A DNA stretch of 64,000 nucleotides from Eutreptiella sp. 'Long Island Sound 2002' (GCA_964036045.1 OZ038378.1:141980001-142044000), one strand, 5' to 3'; positions 1-13,559 are shown, numbered from the stretch's first letter. Program-made: numbers and translations. The notes: generated by a model from the letters alone, not told the origin.

Positions 1-2110
1 CCACAACCACGCCGAGTCACAGTCCCACTTTCAGTCCCACCCACAGTCCTACCCCCACTCTTACACCCTCTAACACTTTCACGACAACGCCGAGTCAAAC
101 TCCCACTTTCAGTCCGACTGCCACTCCCTCTGCCACTCCAACGACCACGCCGAGTCACAGTCCCACCTGCAGTCCCACCCACAGTCCTACTCCCACTTTT
201 ACACCCTCTGCCACACCTACGACAACGCCGAGTCACAGTCCCACTTTCAGTCCCACCCACAGTCCTACCCCCACTGTTACACCCTCTAACACTCCTACTA
301 CAACGCCGAGTCAAACTCCCACTTTCAGTCCGACTGCCACTCCCTCTGCCACTCCAACGACCACGCCGAGTCACAGTCCCACCTGCAGTCCCACCCACAG
401 TCCTACCCCCACTTTTACACTCTCTAACACTCCTACGACAACGCCGAGTCAAACTCCCACTTTCAGTCCGACTGCCACTCCCTCTGCCACACCTACGACC
501 ACGCCGAGTCACAGTCCCACCTGCAGTCCCACCCACAGTCCTACTCCCACTTTTACACCCTCTAACACTCCTACAACAACGCCGAGTCAAACTCCCACTT
601 TCAGTCCGACTGCCACTCCCTCTGCCACTCCAACAACCACGCCGAGTCACAGTCCCACCTGCAGTCCCACCCACAGTCCCACCCCCACTGTTACACCCTC
701 TAACACTCCTACAACAACGCCGAGTCAAACTCCCACTTTCAGTCCGACTGCCACTCCCTCTGCCACACCTACGACCACGCCGAGTCACAGTTCCACCTGC
801 AGTCTCACCCACAGTCCTACTCCCACTTTTACACCCTCTAACACTCCTACAACAACGCCGAGTCAAACTCCCACTTTCAGTCCGACTGCCACTCCCTCTG
901 CCACACCTACGACCACGCCGAGTCACAGTCCCACCTGCAGTCCCACCCACAGTCCTACTCCCACTTTTACACCCTCTAACACTCCTACAACAACGCCGAG
1001 CCAAACTCCCACTTTCAGTCCGACTGCCACTCCCTCTGCCACTCCAACGACCACGCCGAGTCACAGTCCCACCTGCAGTCCCACCCACAGTCCCACCCCC
1101 ACTGTTACACCCTCTAACACTCCTACTACAACGCCGAGTCAAACTCCCACTTTCAGTCCGACTGCCACTCCCTCTGCCACACCTACGACCACGCCGAGTC
1201 ACAGTCCCACCTGCAGTCCCACCCACAGTCCTACCCCCACTGTTACACCCTCTAACACTCCTACTACAACGCCGAGTCAAACTCCCACTTTCAGTCCGAC
1301 TGCCACTCCCTCTGCCACTCCAACGACAACGCCGAGTCACAGTCCCACCTGCAGTCTCACCCACAGTCCCACCCCCACTGTTACACCCTCTAACACTCCT
1401 ACGACAACGCCGAGCCAAACTCCCACTTTCAGTCCGACTGCCACTCCCTCTGCCACACCTACGACCACGCCGAGTCACAGTCCCACCTGCAGTCCCACCC
1501 ACAGTCCTACCCCCACTTTTACACCCTCTAACACTCCTACAACAACGCCGAGTCAAACTCCCACTTTCAGTCCGACTGCCACTCCCTCTGCCACTCCAAC
1601 AACCACGCCGAGTCACAGTCCCACCTGCAGTCCCACCCACAGTCCTACCCCCACTTTTACACCCTCTGCCACACCTACGACCACGCCGAGTCACAGTCCC
1701 ACCTGCAGTCCCACCCACAGTCCTACCCCCACGTTTACACCCTCTAACACTCCCACGACAACGCCGAGTCAAACTCCCACTTTCAGTCCGACTGCCACTC
1801 CCTCTGCCACTCCAACGACCACGCCGAGTCACAGTCCCACCTGCAGTCCCACCCACAGTCCTACCCCCACTTTTACACCCTCTAACACTTTCACGACAAC
1901 GCCGAGTCAAACTCCCACTTTCAGTCCGACTGCCACTCCCTCTGCCACTCCAACAACCACGCCGAGTCACAGTCCCACCTGCAGTCCCACCCACAGTCCT
2001 ACTCCCACTTTTACACCCTCTGCCACACCTACGACAACGCCGAGTCAAACTCCCACTTTCAGTCCAACTGCCACTCCCTCTGCCACTCCTACATTTTCGC
2101 CCACTCCCAC
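1..2110 (+). repeat. Coding tandem repeat of 60-bp (A) and 78-bp (B) units, mostly AB (138 bp), with occasional extra B
   Basis: A units (gccgagtcaaac...) start at 89, 305, 443 and 581. B units (gccgagtcacag...) start at 149, 227 and 365. Confidence 0.95.
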
Positions 2111-2133
2111 CGCCACGTCCACGCCCACTGCAA
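3..2133 (+). CDS. Host gene exon (5' partial): Thr/Ser/Pro-rich mucin-like stalk of a polycystin-1/REJ-like protein
   Basis: Frame +3 reads [36 protein letters not shown]... It ends at GCAA|GTATGT (donor 2134, phase 1), matching the phase of the next exon. Confidence 0.75.
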
Positions 2134-2190
2134 GTATGTTGTGCGTCTGTTGCACCGAGGGAGTAACGCCTCCCCTCCTTAACCAAAGTA

Positions 2191-3064
2191 CCCTAAACCC
2201 CCCTTGCAAACTCCCCCCCCTTGCAATCCCCCCCCCCCCCACCCGGGAGACCGTCACTTCCATGTTTTTCTAGTTAACATGTATTATGCTGGTTTGTGTT
2301 GCCCATCTGGTTTACGCATGGCCTTGCATTGCTCTCCCATTACTACAAATCAAGCACCTGTGTGTGTTCTGTGATATTCTCTCTCCAAAGGCGTTGTATG
2401 GGTGTGTTGTGTTGCTACTTCAGACCCAAGATGTTTTCTCCCGGTGACCATGTACGGTACCACTCACGCACACTTGGTGCACATGCGTTGGCCACTGTTG
2501 TGGGGCCTTCGCCAAATGGGCCGCAGTTTTGCCACATTCGGTACATACGCCCTGGTGGGGTCACTCCGGTGGATCATGAGAGTGCTCAACTCTCAAGGCT
2601 AGAGGCTGTGGCGGTTGAATCACCCAAGTCTCCAGAGTCACCAGAGTCACCGGATGTTACCCCCATGGCTCCGCAACCCCAAACACCGGCTCAGCCCACA
2701 CAACCCACTATGGCCGCAAGCGTGCCCCGGAAGCGCAGCTTGCAGTCCACGTTGGATGCCTTCTTGAAGCCGAATCCCATTGTGACGGACGATGGTAGCG
2801 ATGCCATTGTGCAATTGACGGGCAGTCCCACCCAAGCCAATAACATTAGTGTTGGATGAAACACATTGGCACCGCATCAATGCGAAAGTCGCTTCACACG
2901 TGTTCTCTTTGCTTGCATCGGTGGAGGGTACCACAGTTTGCCTTGAAATACCCTTGCAATCCCCCCCCCCCCCCCCGGGAGACCGTCACTTGGCGACCGT
3001 CTTCCCCCCCCCACCCGGGAGACCGTCGCGCGCTAACCCGGGAGTTTGCAAGGGGGGTACAGGG
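2191..3064. mobile_element. Non-autonomous TIR DNA transposon with TA target-site duplication
   Basis: TIRs are ccctaaaccccccttgcaaactccc (2191-2215) and the reverse complement of 3040-3064, matching at 23/25. TA lies at 2189-90 and 3065-66. A paralogous empty site with a single TA is at 5430-31. Subterminal ccgggagaccgtc repeats are present. Confidence 0.85.
2431..2859 (+). pseudogene. 142-aa ORF inside the TIR element, probably a truncated transposase N-terminus (SH3/Tudor-like segment, SP-rich linker, PIP-box-like motif)
   Basis: MFSPGDHVRYHSRTLGAHALATVVG... followed by RKRSLQSTLDAFLKP. No DDE core is visible. Confidence 0.5.
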
Positions 3065-3361
3065 TAGAAGCAGGAGACTCCCATCCACGGTTTTGCACGT
3101 TGAGCCAGGGCCGTAGTCTTCACATTGATTGAGCGATGGTGTCAAAAGATCAACGTGCACTGATAATTCCTTGTAAGGTTTCCTCAATAGTCTGCAATAA
3201 ACCCGGTTTCTGTAACCCTGCGGCGCCTGCGGCCCCTGTGGTTTTCTTCATCTTTCCACTTTGCACCCTGTTCGACTGTGACTGCAACCTGTTCCGTGGC
3301 TTCCAACAGTATCTTTCCAGTGTGCTCCCCGGTCTCTCACTCTACCGCCTATTTCCTTCAG

Positions 3362-3469
3362 CACCGACCCCGACGTCAACGTCTGCTGCCACAATTTCCG
3401 TCGGTCAGACTCTGTCCGTCTCAGTGACTGCAACGCCCACTGCAACAGCCTCTTGTTCTTCAACACCAG
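3362..3469 (+). CDS. Host gene exon (Thr/Ser-rich)
   Basis: ttccttcag acceptor and GTGTGT donor at 3470. 108 bp, phase 1-1, encoding PTPTSTSAATISVGQTLSVSVTATPTATASCSSTP. Confidence 0.6.
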
Positions 3470-6178
3470 GTGTGTTGTCCTGTGGTGGACTATGCTGCCC
3501 GGGACTGATGTGTTCCTGAACGTCAGGCTGTCAGAAGCTTGTCACTCGTCACTCGGTGTGGTTTGGGTTCCCAACAGTATCTTTCTGGTGTGCTCCCCTT
3601 CAGCATGTGATGCCGCCTCGTACGTGCCTCCAGCAGCATCTTTCCAGTGTGTAACTCTTCAGCCTGTGTGACAGCCTCTCACTCGTCCGCCTATTGCTTG
3701 AGCACGGACTCCGAGCTCAGCACCAGCGTCCGCTGGCGCGACTTGGGTCAGTCAGACTCTGTCGGACACAGGGGCTGCCAACCCCTGCCGACCCCTGATG
3801 TGGGTTGGTACACTAAAGGAGTGATGAAGGGTGAGGCAAATACCCCCCATTACTAATTCATCGGGGTATTTCGGGGCACTGTGTACTACTTTTAGGGCAG
3901 AAATGGGTATTTCTAGTGCTCTGGTTAGGATCTTAGCAGCAGTGATGTCATGCCCTATCGTTGGCCATTCTTTCGTCTTGGTGGAGCCTGATACCCACAC
4001 CCAGCCCTCCAAAATCGTTCCGAAGCATCCCGTTCGCTTGCGAATGGGGGTTGGTTGCATTGGTCTGATACTAGACTGAACCCCACTGTACTGCAGATTT
4101 ATTTTTTGTTTGAGTGGTTGGGTCTGACCTCCCACCCACCCACCCATACAGAGTCGTCCATGCACAGGTCGTTGGAACTAAGACATTTGTGAGCCAGATG
4201 GCTGGTGAGTGTCTGCTATGCAATCGGGATTTGCTTTGATTTGTATGCCATGTCCTGATGCAACATGTTTTTTCGATCCCCCACCAAAAATGGGGGGTGG
4301 GGTCCTTAACCCCACCCCAAATTCCATCTGCTGGTGGGCCGGGGAGGGGGGGGGGGGGCACAAACGGATAATTGCCGTCTATGTATATGGATGCTGGACT
4401 TGGGGGGAGGGGGTTCTTCGGGCCTATTTCTTGCAAAACCCCAGCAATTATTGGAAAATCGGTTCTTGAGGCCCATGATTGTTGTATTTTTAGGAGCCCC
4501 ATAGCCCCCCCCCCCCTATTTTGGATATGGACCATCCAAGAAACCATCTATTGGAGGCCAAGTGAATGGCGGCTGGACAGGCTGAAGGCTTTTTGCGGTT
4601 TTTTGACCTACTGCACCTCCTGCTGCATAGGATCACAATGCACTGCGCATGTAAGTGGCAAGACACGAAGAGATGGACCATTTGAGGCCGCTTTATTCCA
4701 CTTTGATCTCGGTTTGCCCCCATGAGCCACCAACTGGAGTCTTCCAGTAAGCACCGGACACATAACCAGTGCACTGCTGCATCCGTGCCCTTATGCGGCT
4801 CGCCACCACCCTGTGTGCCCCCTATTAGCGGCACCACAAGTAGGGCGCCCCGGTGTGCCCCCTGCACAGCGCCAGAGAGCCCTTCGCTAAATCAAACAGC
4901 ACACTAAGTGCCACCTTTTTTGCGCAATTTGGATTGGCAGATTTAGTGTTGCATTGTTGATGGTCTTGAGGGCTACACCCCTGTGTGGCCCCTTGAGTTG
5001 GGGATACGGACTCCCACACTTTGGTGTGGCCCCTTGAGTTGGACGAAAGCATGTACAGTGGATTCTAACTCATCCACATGCTCGTCCACCTCCTCGTCAA
5101 GTTTATCATCGCTCACCCCGAAGGATACCCCGTGCAGCAGTGATGCGATTGAGTCAGAGGTCAATTACTCCCCGGATGACGAATAAAGTGGGAGTGGCCA
5201 TGGAAGGCACCGAACCGACACCTACATGGGATTGGGCACTCCATGTGGTGTAACTCGAAACGATACGAAGCGCGAAACAAAACGAAACGCTCGTCGTGCG
5301 GGAATGGGCACCCCGTTCGGTGAGGGGGGGTCGTTGCCAGCAACCTCTCCTTGGGGTATGGGGCAGAAGCAGCAATGGGGCTCTGCTACTTCTCGCCGAG
5401 GGAGTAACGCCCCTCCTCCGCAACTACAGTAGAAGGGCGCGATTCCCTACCACGCTTTGCACATTGAGCAGGGGCCGTAGTCTCTCCATTGTAGAGAGCG
5501 ATGGTGTCAACAGATCAATGTGCACCCCCCCCCCTCCCCCCCAACCCCAAACCCCTCCCACTCAGTGGGTTTTGTATAGGCAGGTAGTCCAAATGGTCAT
5601 TGAATGGTGTTTTTTCTTTCTTGTTGCAAGTTTCACTATTTCTGCATTTTAAGAGGATTATTCCTGCCCTGCGGCGCCTGCAGCGCGCACGAGTAGCCCT
5701 CCTGGGGTTGATTTGGTTGGAAGAGCGGCGATTCCTGGTGTGCTTTGGAGCCTCTCTAGGCGAGGGGAAGTTCCAGACAAAGCTTCAAAACAACTATCCA
5801 GGACATTTGCCCAAAGGTAGCGCGTCAGTACACTCCCCTTTTGCCCCCCCTTCCCCCCCAAGGGAATTTTGGCCATGCAAGTAATGCATGGTCTCTTTAT
5901 CCGACACTGATTGCTGATGTCTGACTGACAGCTACTGACTGTGATTGTGTGACGAACTGGAGTCAGACGTGATGTTATATTTTCTGTTTCAGAAACAGTC
6001 TGTGTCCTGTTGAAGCGTCCTGCTCGTGTGCTGGTATTGCAGTGTTGACGAAACGCTGAATTTTCCGTTGTGATAATGACCTCTGGAGGCTGGAGGCTGT
6101 GTGTCAACATGCTGCTCTCGTATTCAGCATGTGCATAGTCTTGGTGACTGTGAATCCCTTGATTGCCTTTTCCTTCAG

Positions 6179-7239
6179 CACAAACTGGAACTCCGACCTT
6201 GACAACAACGACCACACCCTCTTCTACACCCTCTACAACCCCTACGCCCTCTGCCACATCCACAAGCACGCAGGTGTTATCAGCGACGTGTTCTCCAACG
6301 GCATCTTGCAGCCCGAGTATGACGCCATCCATCACCCGGTCCCCATCCCCAAGCTCGACTCCTTCACACACGCAGACTCCAAGCCGCAGCACTTCAACCG
6401 GCTGCACTACAACCTCATCCCCCACACCCACTACGACTCCTTCACACACGCAAACTCCATCGTGCACCGCTTGGGCCTCCCTCACTGGAACGCTTTCGCA
6501 TTCTCCCACGGGCCTGCCCTCTGCCTCGCCCTCATTGTCGCTCACCCAGACCCCGAGAAGCAGCACCACCATGACCCCCACCCCATCGTCTACCCCATAC
6601 GCCACCACCACACCCTCTTCTACACCCTCTACAACCCCTACGCCCTCTGCCACATCCACAAGCACGCAGGTGTTATCAGCGACGTGTTCTCCAACGGCAT
6701 CTTGCAGCCCGAGTATGACGCCATCCATCACCCGGTCCCCATCCCCAAGCTCGACTCCTTCACACACGCAGACTCCAAGCCGCAGCACTTCAACCAGCTG
6801 CACTACAACCTCATCCCCCATACCCACTATGACTCCTTCACACACGCAAACTCCATCGTGCACCGCTTGGGCCTCCCTCACTGGAACGCTTTCGCATTCT
6901 CCCACGGGCCTGCCCTCTGCCTCGCCCTCATTGTCGCTCACCCAGACCCCGAGAAGCAGCACCACCATGACCCCCACCCCATCGTCTACCCCATACGCCA
7001 CCACCACACCCACCTCCACTCCTACCGCGACCAGTGTCCTCACCGCGTCAGCCACCCGGACCGCCACCATCACCCCCGTCTCCACACACACACCCTCAAA
7101 CACGCCCGGTCCTTCCCCCAGTGCCAGCCCCTCCGCTACTCCCTCACACAACCCCACGCTCTCCCCGACAGCGACCTGCTCCCCATCGGCCACGCACGCC
7201 ACGACGCGCACCGGGACCAGCACCACAACCCTCACAGAC
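6179..7239 (+). CDS. Host gene exon: mucin-like, with an internal 396-bp (132-aa) duplication
   Basis: tttccttcag acceptor (phase 1) and GAC|GTGCGG donor (phase 0). Near-identical blocks start at 6211 and 6607. Confidence 0.75.
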
Positions 7240-8877
7240 GTGCGGCTGGGCATGTACGCCTCGTACCAGTTGGCTGTGGTATTCGGCATGCAGGTTGCAG
7301 TGTGCGGCGTGTGCCAAGCTGGCGGGGTGCAGACGGGGGAACGCGGGTGTCCGTCAGATTTGATATTACCACCGGAGGAAAATTTAGATCAGGACAAAAT
7401 TGATGTGGACAAATTTGGAGGCCCTCCCTCCTACCAAATATTTCCTTCAATTTTAAGGATGCTATGGCCAAGGCCTTGTGCCAGCCCCCCCCCCCCCGCC
7501 CCCCTGCACCCCCCAAGGCAGGGCAAACATGGAAAGCCCAGAGGAACCAGGACAGGGGGGAAAGGTAACACAAGGGGAGGCAACGGGACAAGACAGACTG
7601 CGCTCGCCGCAAATAGTGCAGAGCACCAAAGGAGGCAAAGAAAGGACGAAAGGGAAAGAATCATCGTGGTTGTTAGAAGCCCCTGTCAGGAAAATCCTGC
7701 AGATGCACACACCAGCGCGCACAAGTCAATGCTGGAGTTGGCAAACCCGGCATGGACTCGGAGTGTGCATCTGGATGCACCTGGTCAACGGCACGCGCAA
7801 CAGCCCGTCTCTGGGTCGGCCGACCCCGGAGTTGTAAAACAGGACACGTCATCCAGGGGCTCCGTTGACACAACCAATCGACGTTCGGACCCACAGAGGG
7901 TCAGGATGAACACTGGCGAGAGGCCAATGGGCGCCGCCAACGACAAAAAAACAAACCACATGGCCTCGTGCCAACTCCCCCCCCCCCCCCCCGCAGGCGA
8001 GAAACACGCCGTACACTTGAAAATTGAAAGGTTGACGCTTTGATGTTTTCCGTCGTCTGCGTTGGGATAGCCCTCGGGCCAAGCGGAATCAGGGGCATCC
8101 GCTATCAGTGGGTTGTGTCCCAATGGGCAGCGTGGGCTATTGTGTGCATCTTCAGGTGTCGCCTGCTGCCTGCGCCACTGCTTGACGACGGTGGTGCGTG
8201 AGTTTCCCATCTTATGTGCCTTTGTGTCCGCTGGTGTGCCTGCCCGCTTGCCTGTGTGTCCGTCTGTGTGCCTCCGTACTCTGCCCGTGTGCGTGTGTGC
8301 CTGTGTGATACATGTGGTACAAACAGGCAGGCAGGTCTGCTACCACCAGTTGTGGGGCCCGTCCCAGTCTGTTGTCTGTCCATCCGCCAACCCCTGCCCC
8401 AGGGACGCATTAGAACAAAAAAAGTGTAAGGAGGAGCCCCCCACGTCCAAACCCCTCCCTCTCTTCCAAGTCACCTGAAAAAAATTTTCTTCGGTGCCTT
8501 CGGCGCCAATGTACTGTGTGTTCCTCATTCAGGGTGTGAGTCAGCTGTTCACATCGAACAGTATCTCTATGAAAATGGACTGCCATGAATTGATACTGCC
8601 TTATTGTGGAAATAGACTTCGCCACAAATTTATTGCTTTGAGTACACCTTGCACTGTGACATTTGTTGACAAGGAGGAGGGTCAACCAAGTATGGGCTTT
8701 TGGTATGGAAAGAAAAAGTTTCTGTTGCCTTTGGCACCGAATATGTTTGGGAGTCCTGTTGGCAAGGAGGAGGGTCAATCCCCCTCAGACCTCCTCCCCT
8801 CCAGTCCAAACCCCCCAGCCTCCTCCTCCTCCGCTCCAATGCGTGCCTGCCCTGCCCCTGTACTCTACGCTGTGCAG

Positions 8878-9003
8878 CCGGATCAGTTTGATGCGGCCGC
8901 CGCGGAGTCCCTCCAAACGACTCTGGCCACGAAGTTGGAGGTGGCGCCCTATCGCATCCAAGTCATCTCCGTCCTGCCCGGCTCCACGGTGGTGGTGTTC
9001 CAG
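8878..9003 (+). CDS. Host gene exon: SEA-like segment
   Basis: tgtgcag acceptor and CAG|GTGTGC donor, phase 0-0. Encodes PDQFDAAAAESLQTTLATKLEVAPYRIQVISVLPGSTVVVFQ. Confidence 0.7.
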
Positions 9004-9984
9004 GTGTGCCACGGGGGGGGCACTGGGGTTGCAGTGTTGGGGCCATGCCGCTGGAGAAGGCAGGAGGTTGCCTTGGCTGCTCTGAAACACACACACAGAC
9101 ACACACCCGGTAGGCGCATGGAGGACCGTACATAGTCTTTGTGTCGTGCTGAGAGGGAGGAAAGGCCACACGGAGTGGGGCAACCAAACACTGCCGCAGT
9201 GCGAACGTTGCTGTAGAGAGGCGGTGTGTTATAGCGAACGCTATGGATTTGGTGAATATTTGGGCGTCACACACGCCCCTGTCCAACGAATGCTTCCGTT
9301 CGGGCCGTATTTTTTGAGGACTTTATTGTTCGCCGGACTCGGGGGTGGGGGGGGGACGAAGTTGACATAATACGAACGTCAGCGCTGCCAAACATGTGGC
9401 AAAGCATGAGATGATGTCAAACAGTCGGTTTTCCAGGATTGTGATTCACTGCGGCATCCGATGACCCCTACCGTGCAGTGGCGCCCCCCCCCCCCCCCGG
9501 CCAACCCCTACCCACCCCCTGACGTGGCCATGACCTGCTTCACAAGATGTGGGGAAGTCGGGTTTTCAACTGGCGGGGGTGAGGAGTCAATAGAGCCCCC
9601 AAAAACTGGGGGCGGGGGGGGGGGGGAAGGTCTCAATTGACAGGATCATTAATGAGTTGTTATGAACTCTGGCACTAAAGGCGCCGAAATTTTTTTTGAA
9701 AACCGTCAATTCTTTTTTTCACCAAATACATGGCACATGGTGATTTTTCTGAACCCCCTCGACGCGCTGATTCCAAACATCCCATTGTCCTTTTTTGCCG
9801 AATTTTGGGTCTGGGTCACCTCCGGGGCTCAGGGGTCAGTCTCGGTAGGATTTGGGGGGGGGGGGGACGTCAATTGAGCCCTTTGGGGGGGGGGGGGGAG
9901 TCCCGGCCAGAGGGCTGTATCGACCCCCGCCCCGCCCCGCCCCCGGTTGAACACCCGCTCACCCGTGCCTGTGGCCCCCCACAG

Positions 9985-10615
9985 GTGCTGCTGGAGCTCA
10001 CGGACAATGGGGCGTGGATTGTGCCCAAGCTGCGGGGTAGCGAGTCCACCATCCAGGCCTCCATGGCGGCCACGGGCTTCCCCCACCCCGTCATTGAGGT
10101 CATCCCCCGCATCGCCACCTCCGACTCCCGCAGCACCCAGCCCACCGCCTGCCCCTGCGGGCCCCAGAGCCTCGCCGTTCGCCAGCCCGACTCCCAGACC
10201 ACCTTCGGGCCTCGCGACGGCGCCTCCGCCGACGCCGCGGCCCTCAGCCCAGTGCACGTGCGCGTGCGCGTCGGCGCGGCGGTACTGACGCGCGCGCGGC
10301 GGCTGGTGGCGGACATGAACCTCACGCAGAGCGACTGCTGCCCGTTCGACACGCTGGTGGACGTGCAGTGGCGGCTGCAGGGGCCCGACGGGGGGCACCT
10401 CCTGGACGACCTCCTGAGGGCCGGGCAGGCGAAGGTGGTGGAGGGGTGGCGGCTGGTGGTGGCCCCGTCGGCGCTGGAGGGGCACGCCGCCCCGTACACC
10501 GTCGGAGTGGTGGCGCGGCACGCGGGCACGGCGGAGGTGCTGGGCATGGGGCTGCAGGCCTTCACGGTGGCGGACCCCCCGCCGCGGGGCGCGCTCACGG
10601 TCGTGCCGGCGAGCG
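9985..10615 (+). CDS. Host gene exon: REJ-domain-like segment
   Basis: ccacag acceptor and GCG|GTATGC donor, with GC-rich coding-like sequence. The end, ...LVVAPSALEG..YTVGVVAR...DPPPRGALTVVPASG, resembles the REJ 'PP.GG...V.P..G' motif. Confidence 0.7.
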
Positions 10616-10630
10616 GTATGCGTTGGGCGG

Positions 10631-11350
10631 GAGGTGATGTGAGGTGAGGTGAGGTGAGGTGAGGTGAGGTGAGGTGAGGTGAGGTGATGTGAGGTGATGT
10701 GAGATGAGATGAGGTGCAGTGGAGTTGGAGGGGGGGTGAGGTGAGGTGAGGTGAGGTGAGGTGAGGTGAGGTGAGGTGAGGTGATGTGAGGTGATGTGAG
10801 GTGAGGTGCAGTGGAGGTGAGGTGAGGTGAGGTGAGGTGAGGTGAGGTGAGGTGAGGTGAGGTGAGGTGAGGTGAGGTGAGGTGAGGTGAGGTGAGGTGA
10901 GGTGAGGTGAGGTGAGGTGAGGTGAGGTGATGTGAGGTGATGTGAGGTGATGTGAGGTGAGGTGCAGTGGAGGTGAGGTGAGGTGAGGTGAGGTGATGTG
11001 AGGTGAGGTGCAGTGGAGGTGAGGTGAGGTGAGGTGAGGTGAGGTGAGGTGAGGTGAGGTGAGGTGAGGTGAGGTGAGGTGAGGTGAGGTGAGGTGAGGT
11101 GAGGTGAGGTGAGGTGAGGTGAGGTGAGGTGAGGTGAGGTGAGGTGAGGTGAGGTGAGGTGAGGTGAGGTGAGATGAGGTGAGGTGAGGTGCGGTGAGGT
11201 GAGGTGAGGTGAGGTGAGGTGAGGTGAGATGAGGTGAGGTGAGGTGAGGTGAGGTGAGGTGAGGTGAGGTGAGTTGGAGGTGGAGGTGGAGGTGGAGGTG
11301 ATGTGAGGTGGAGGTGAGGTGAGGTGGAGGTGGAGGTGAGGTGGAGGTGG
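10631..11350. repeat. (GAGGT)n pentanucleotide satellite
   Basis: Direct reading, with GATGT and GCAGT variants. Confidence 0.98.
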
Positions 11351-12232
11351 TCAGGGGAGGGGGGGGGGGCATGATGATGGAATGTGCGCAGGAGGGCCTT
11401 TGAAAAGGGGCGGTCCGAGGACCGGTGATCCCTCACGAACGAGGCTGCCCAGCGGCCCCGAGGGACACACACTTCCCGCGAGTCACACCTCCAAAAGTGA
11501 CCACCGTGTCGCGGGGGATCGTGAAAGCGAAAGCCAAAGGACAAAGCAAAAGCCTTCAAACGCATAGACACAAGATGTTCAAGCGACCACAAACAGAGTC
11601 AGGGGGGCGGAAAAAGTTGTGCGCGCGAGGGGGGGGGGGGGGGGGCGTTCGAGCCCCTGAAGGAGGCGGGGGCGGAGGGGCTTTCGTGACAGGCCAGGCC
11701 AAGGACGCTAGCTTCAGCACTAGTAATGACTCACACACGGGGCTGCCAAGCGGCCCGGAAGGCTGTTGTTTTCAAAAACAATTTCCCCCATGACGTATAC
11801 CTCAAAATGATCAGCGCATCGTGGGGGATCATTTTGAGTCATGCATGTTGGGGTACCTCACCCCCCCCCCCCAGTAGGCCCGTCGTGGGTCCCCCTCACG
11901 TGAGTCCTGAAAGGGGGGGGGTTTCTGGAAAAGGGGCTCCAATGACCCCCCCCCCTCACGCAAAACTTTTTTCTTGAAGGAGAGGCAGGCAGGCAGAGGG
12001 GTATACCTGCCCAACGTAAGTGGGTTGGTCGGTGGTCTGGCAAAGGGGGGGGCTCAACCCCCCCCCCCCCCTCCCTCGGAGTTGCAAAGGACTGCAGGCC
12101 CGGCCCAACCGCCAGCAACGGCAGTGACCAGCGGACCGCTTGCGGTTTGGGGCCAATGCCGCGCGGGCCCCACACCGCCGTCCGTCGTGTACCTCCTGGG
12201 GGACCAGAAGTTTGCTCTGATTGGGGGGGGGG

Positions 12233-12432
12233 NNNNNNNNNNNNNNNNNNNNNNNNNNNNNNNNNNNNNNNNNNNNNNNNNNNNNNNNNNNNNNNNNNNN
12301 NNNNNNNNNNNNNNNNNNNNNNNNNNNNNNNNNNNNNNNNNNNNNNNNNNNNNNNNNNNNNNNNNNNNNNNNNNNNNNNNNNNNNNNNNNNNNNNNNNNN
12401 NNNNNNNNNNNNNNNNNNNNNNNNNNNNNNNN
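12233..12432. other. Assembly gap (200 N)
   Basis: Run of N. Confidence 1.
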
Positions 12433-13559
12433 CCCCTTCCCCAGACCAAAGTGACCATCGTGGGAAAAAACACAATCCCGAGAGAGAAAATCCCCCAACG
12501 AATTTTTTTGATTGTGACCCCCCCCCCCCCGTACCTGGGTACCCCTTTTTGGTGGACGGGTGGGGGCTGAGGGGTGGGGGGTCAAAAGTTCTTTGCGTAT
12601 AGCGGCTGCTGTGTGTGGATTCAGGTCCTCAAGAATTTTTTTCTTCTATGTGGATCCCCTACCCCATGGCGGGGGTCCCGAGTCCCAACTCCGGGTACCC
12701 TCAATCGGCCACCCCCATATGGGCCCTTGCCAATGAGGACTTCACTTTTGTTTTCACGCTGGTTGGGCCGTTCAGTGGCACTTGACAATTTTTCGAAAAT
12801 TTGACTCTTTCCGAAACCTGTCTATCGCCCCTGGGATGGGTTTGGGTGATCATTTGGTGACAATATGGGTACTTGAGCACCCATGGGGACCCACGTAGTA
12901 GCCGCTAGGCCAATGTAGCCCACCCCATGGGCCCCCCGAAAGCACCAAAATCACCTCGTTAGATCAAAGCCAGGTAGGCAGGCAGGCGTATATAGGGGAA
13001 AACACCACCCCCATACCCCCACATTTTGGACCTTTTTGGGCCTATTTGCGTACCCTACCCCAAGGGCTTGAATCGTTAGTTTAACCCCTTGTAAAATCAT
13101 TATTTTATCCAATGAATGCATCCCCCAACGAGTTTTTGGTCTGGACCCCCCCTAGACCCCCCCCCCACTTGACACCCACTTTTTGGACCTTTTGAGGGAG
13201 GTGGGGGGGGGTCAAAAAATGACCCCCCCTTTTTTTGGGTTGAAAATCATGAATCGTTTGGTTATTTTTTATTTTGAGCCGAAAAAGTCTTTCCGCGTCC
13301 CGACTGCATGCGGTTTTATGGGGCGGAGTGGGACGAGCGCCGTTTATGCACTTTTCAGCCATTTTTGCTATGTTGGCAGTTTTGGCGACCTCGGTGACCC
13401 CGTGCTACCCACTCTTAGGGGTGTGAGTGGGGATACTGTGACAGCATATGCCTACTAGGATACGAAAGGACGTTTTTTTGCAGTATGTAGCCTTGCCGAG
13501 GGCCAGTCAAAACCCGTGCCAACAACGCGAAATGACTGTTTCCACCAATAATGGGCTAG

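Noticed and set aside
3703-3827. Possible extra host exon resembling 3362-3469
   Set aside because: It has a weak GAG acceptor, no convincing in-phase donor and a diverged peptide, so it is treated as a pseudo-exon.
5658-7403. Long Val/Gly-rich minus ORF and His-rich plus ORF overlapping the mucin exon
   Set aside because: These are shadow frames of a Thr/Ser/Pro repeat. Only the T/S/P frame fits the splice phases.
9829-11592. 587- and 500-aa HLTSP-repeat ORFs, and the VC/HT/CCC ORFs at 17.0-17.7, 28.0-29.2 and 40.4-41.5 kb
   Set aside because: They are translations of microsatellites.
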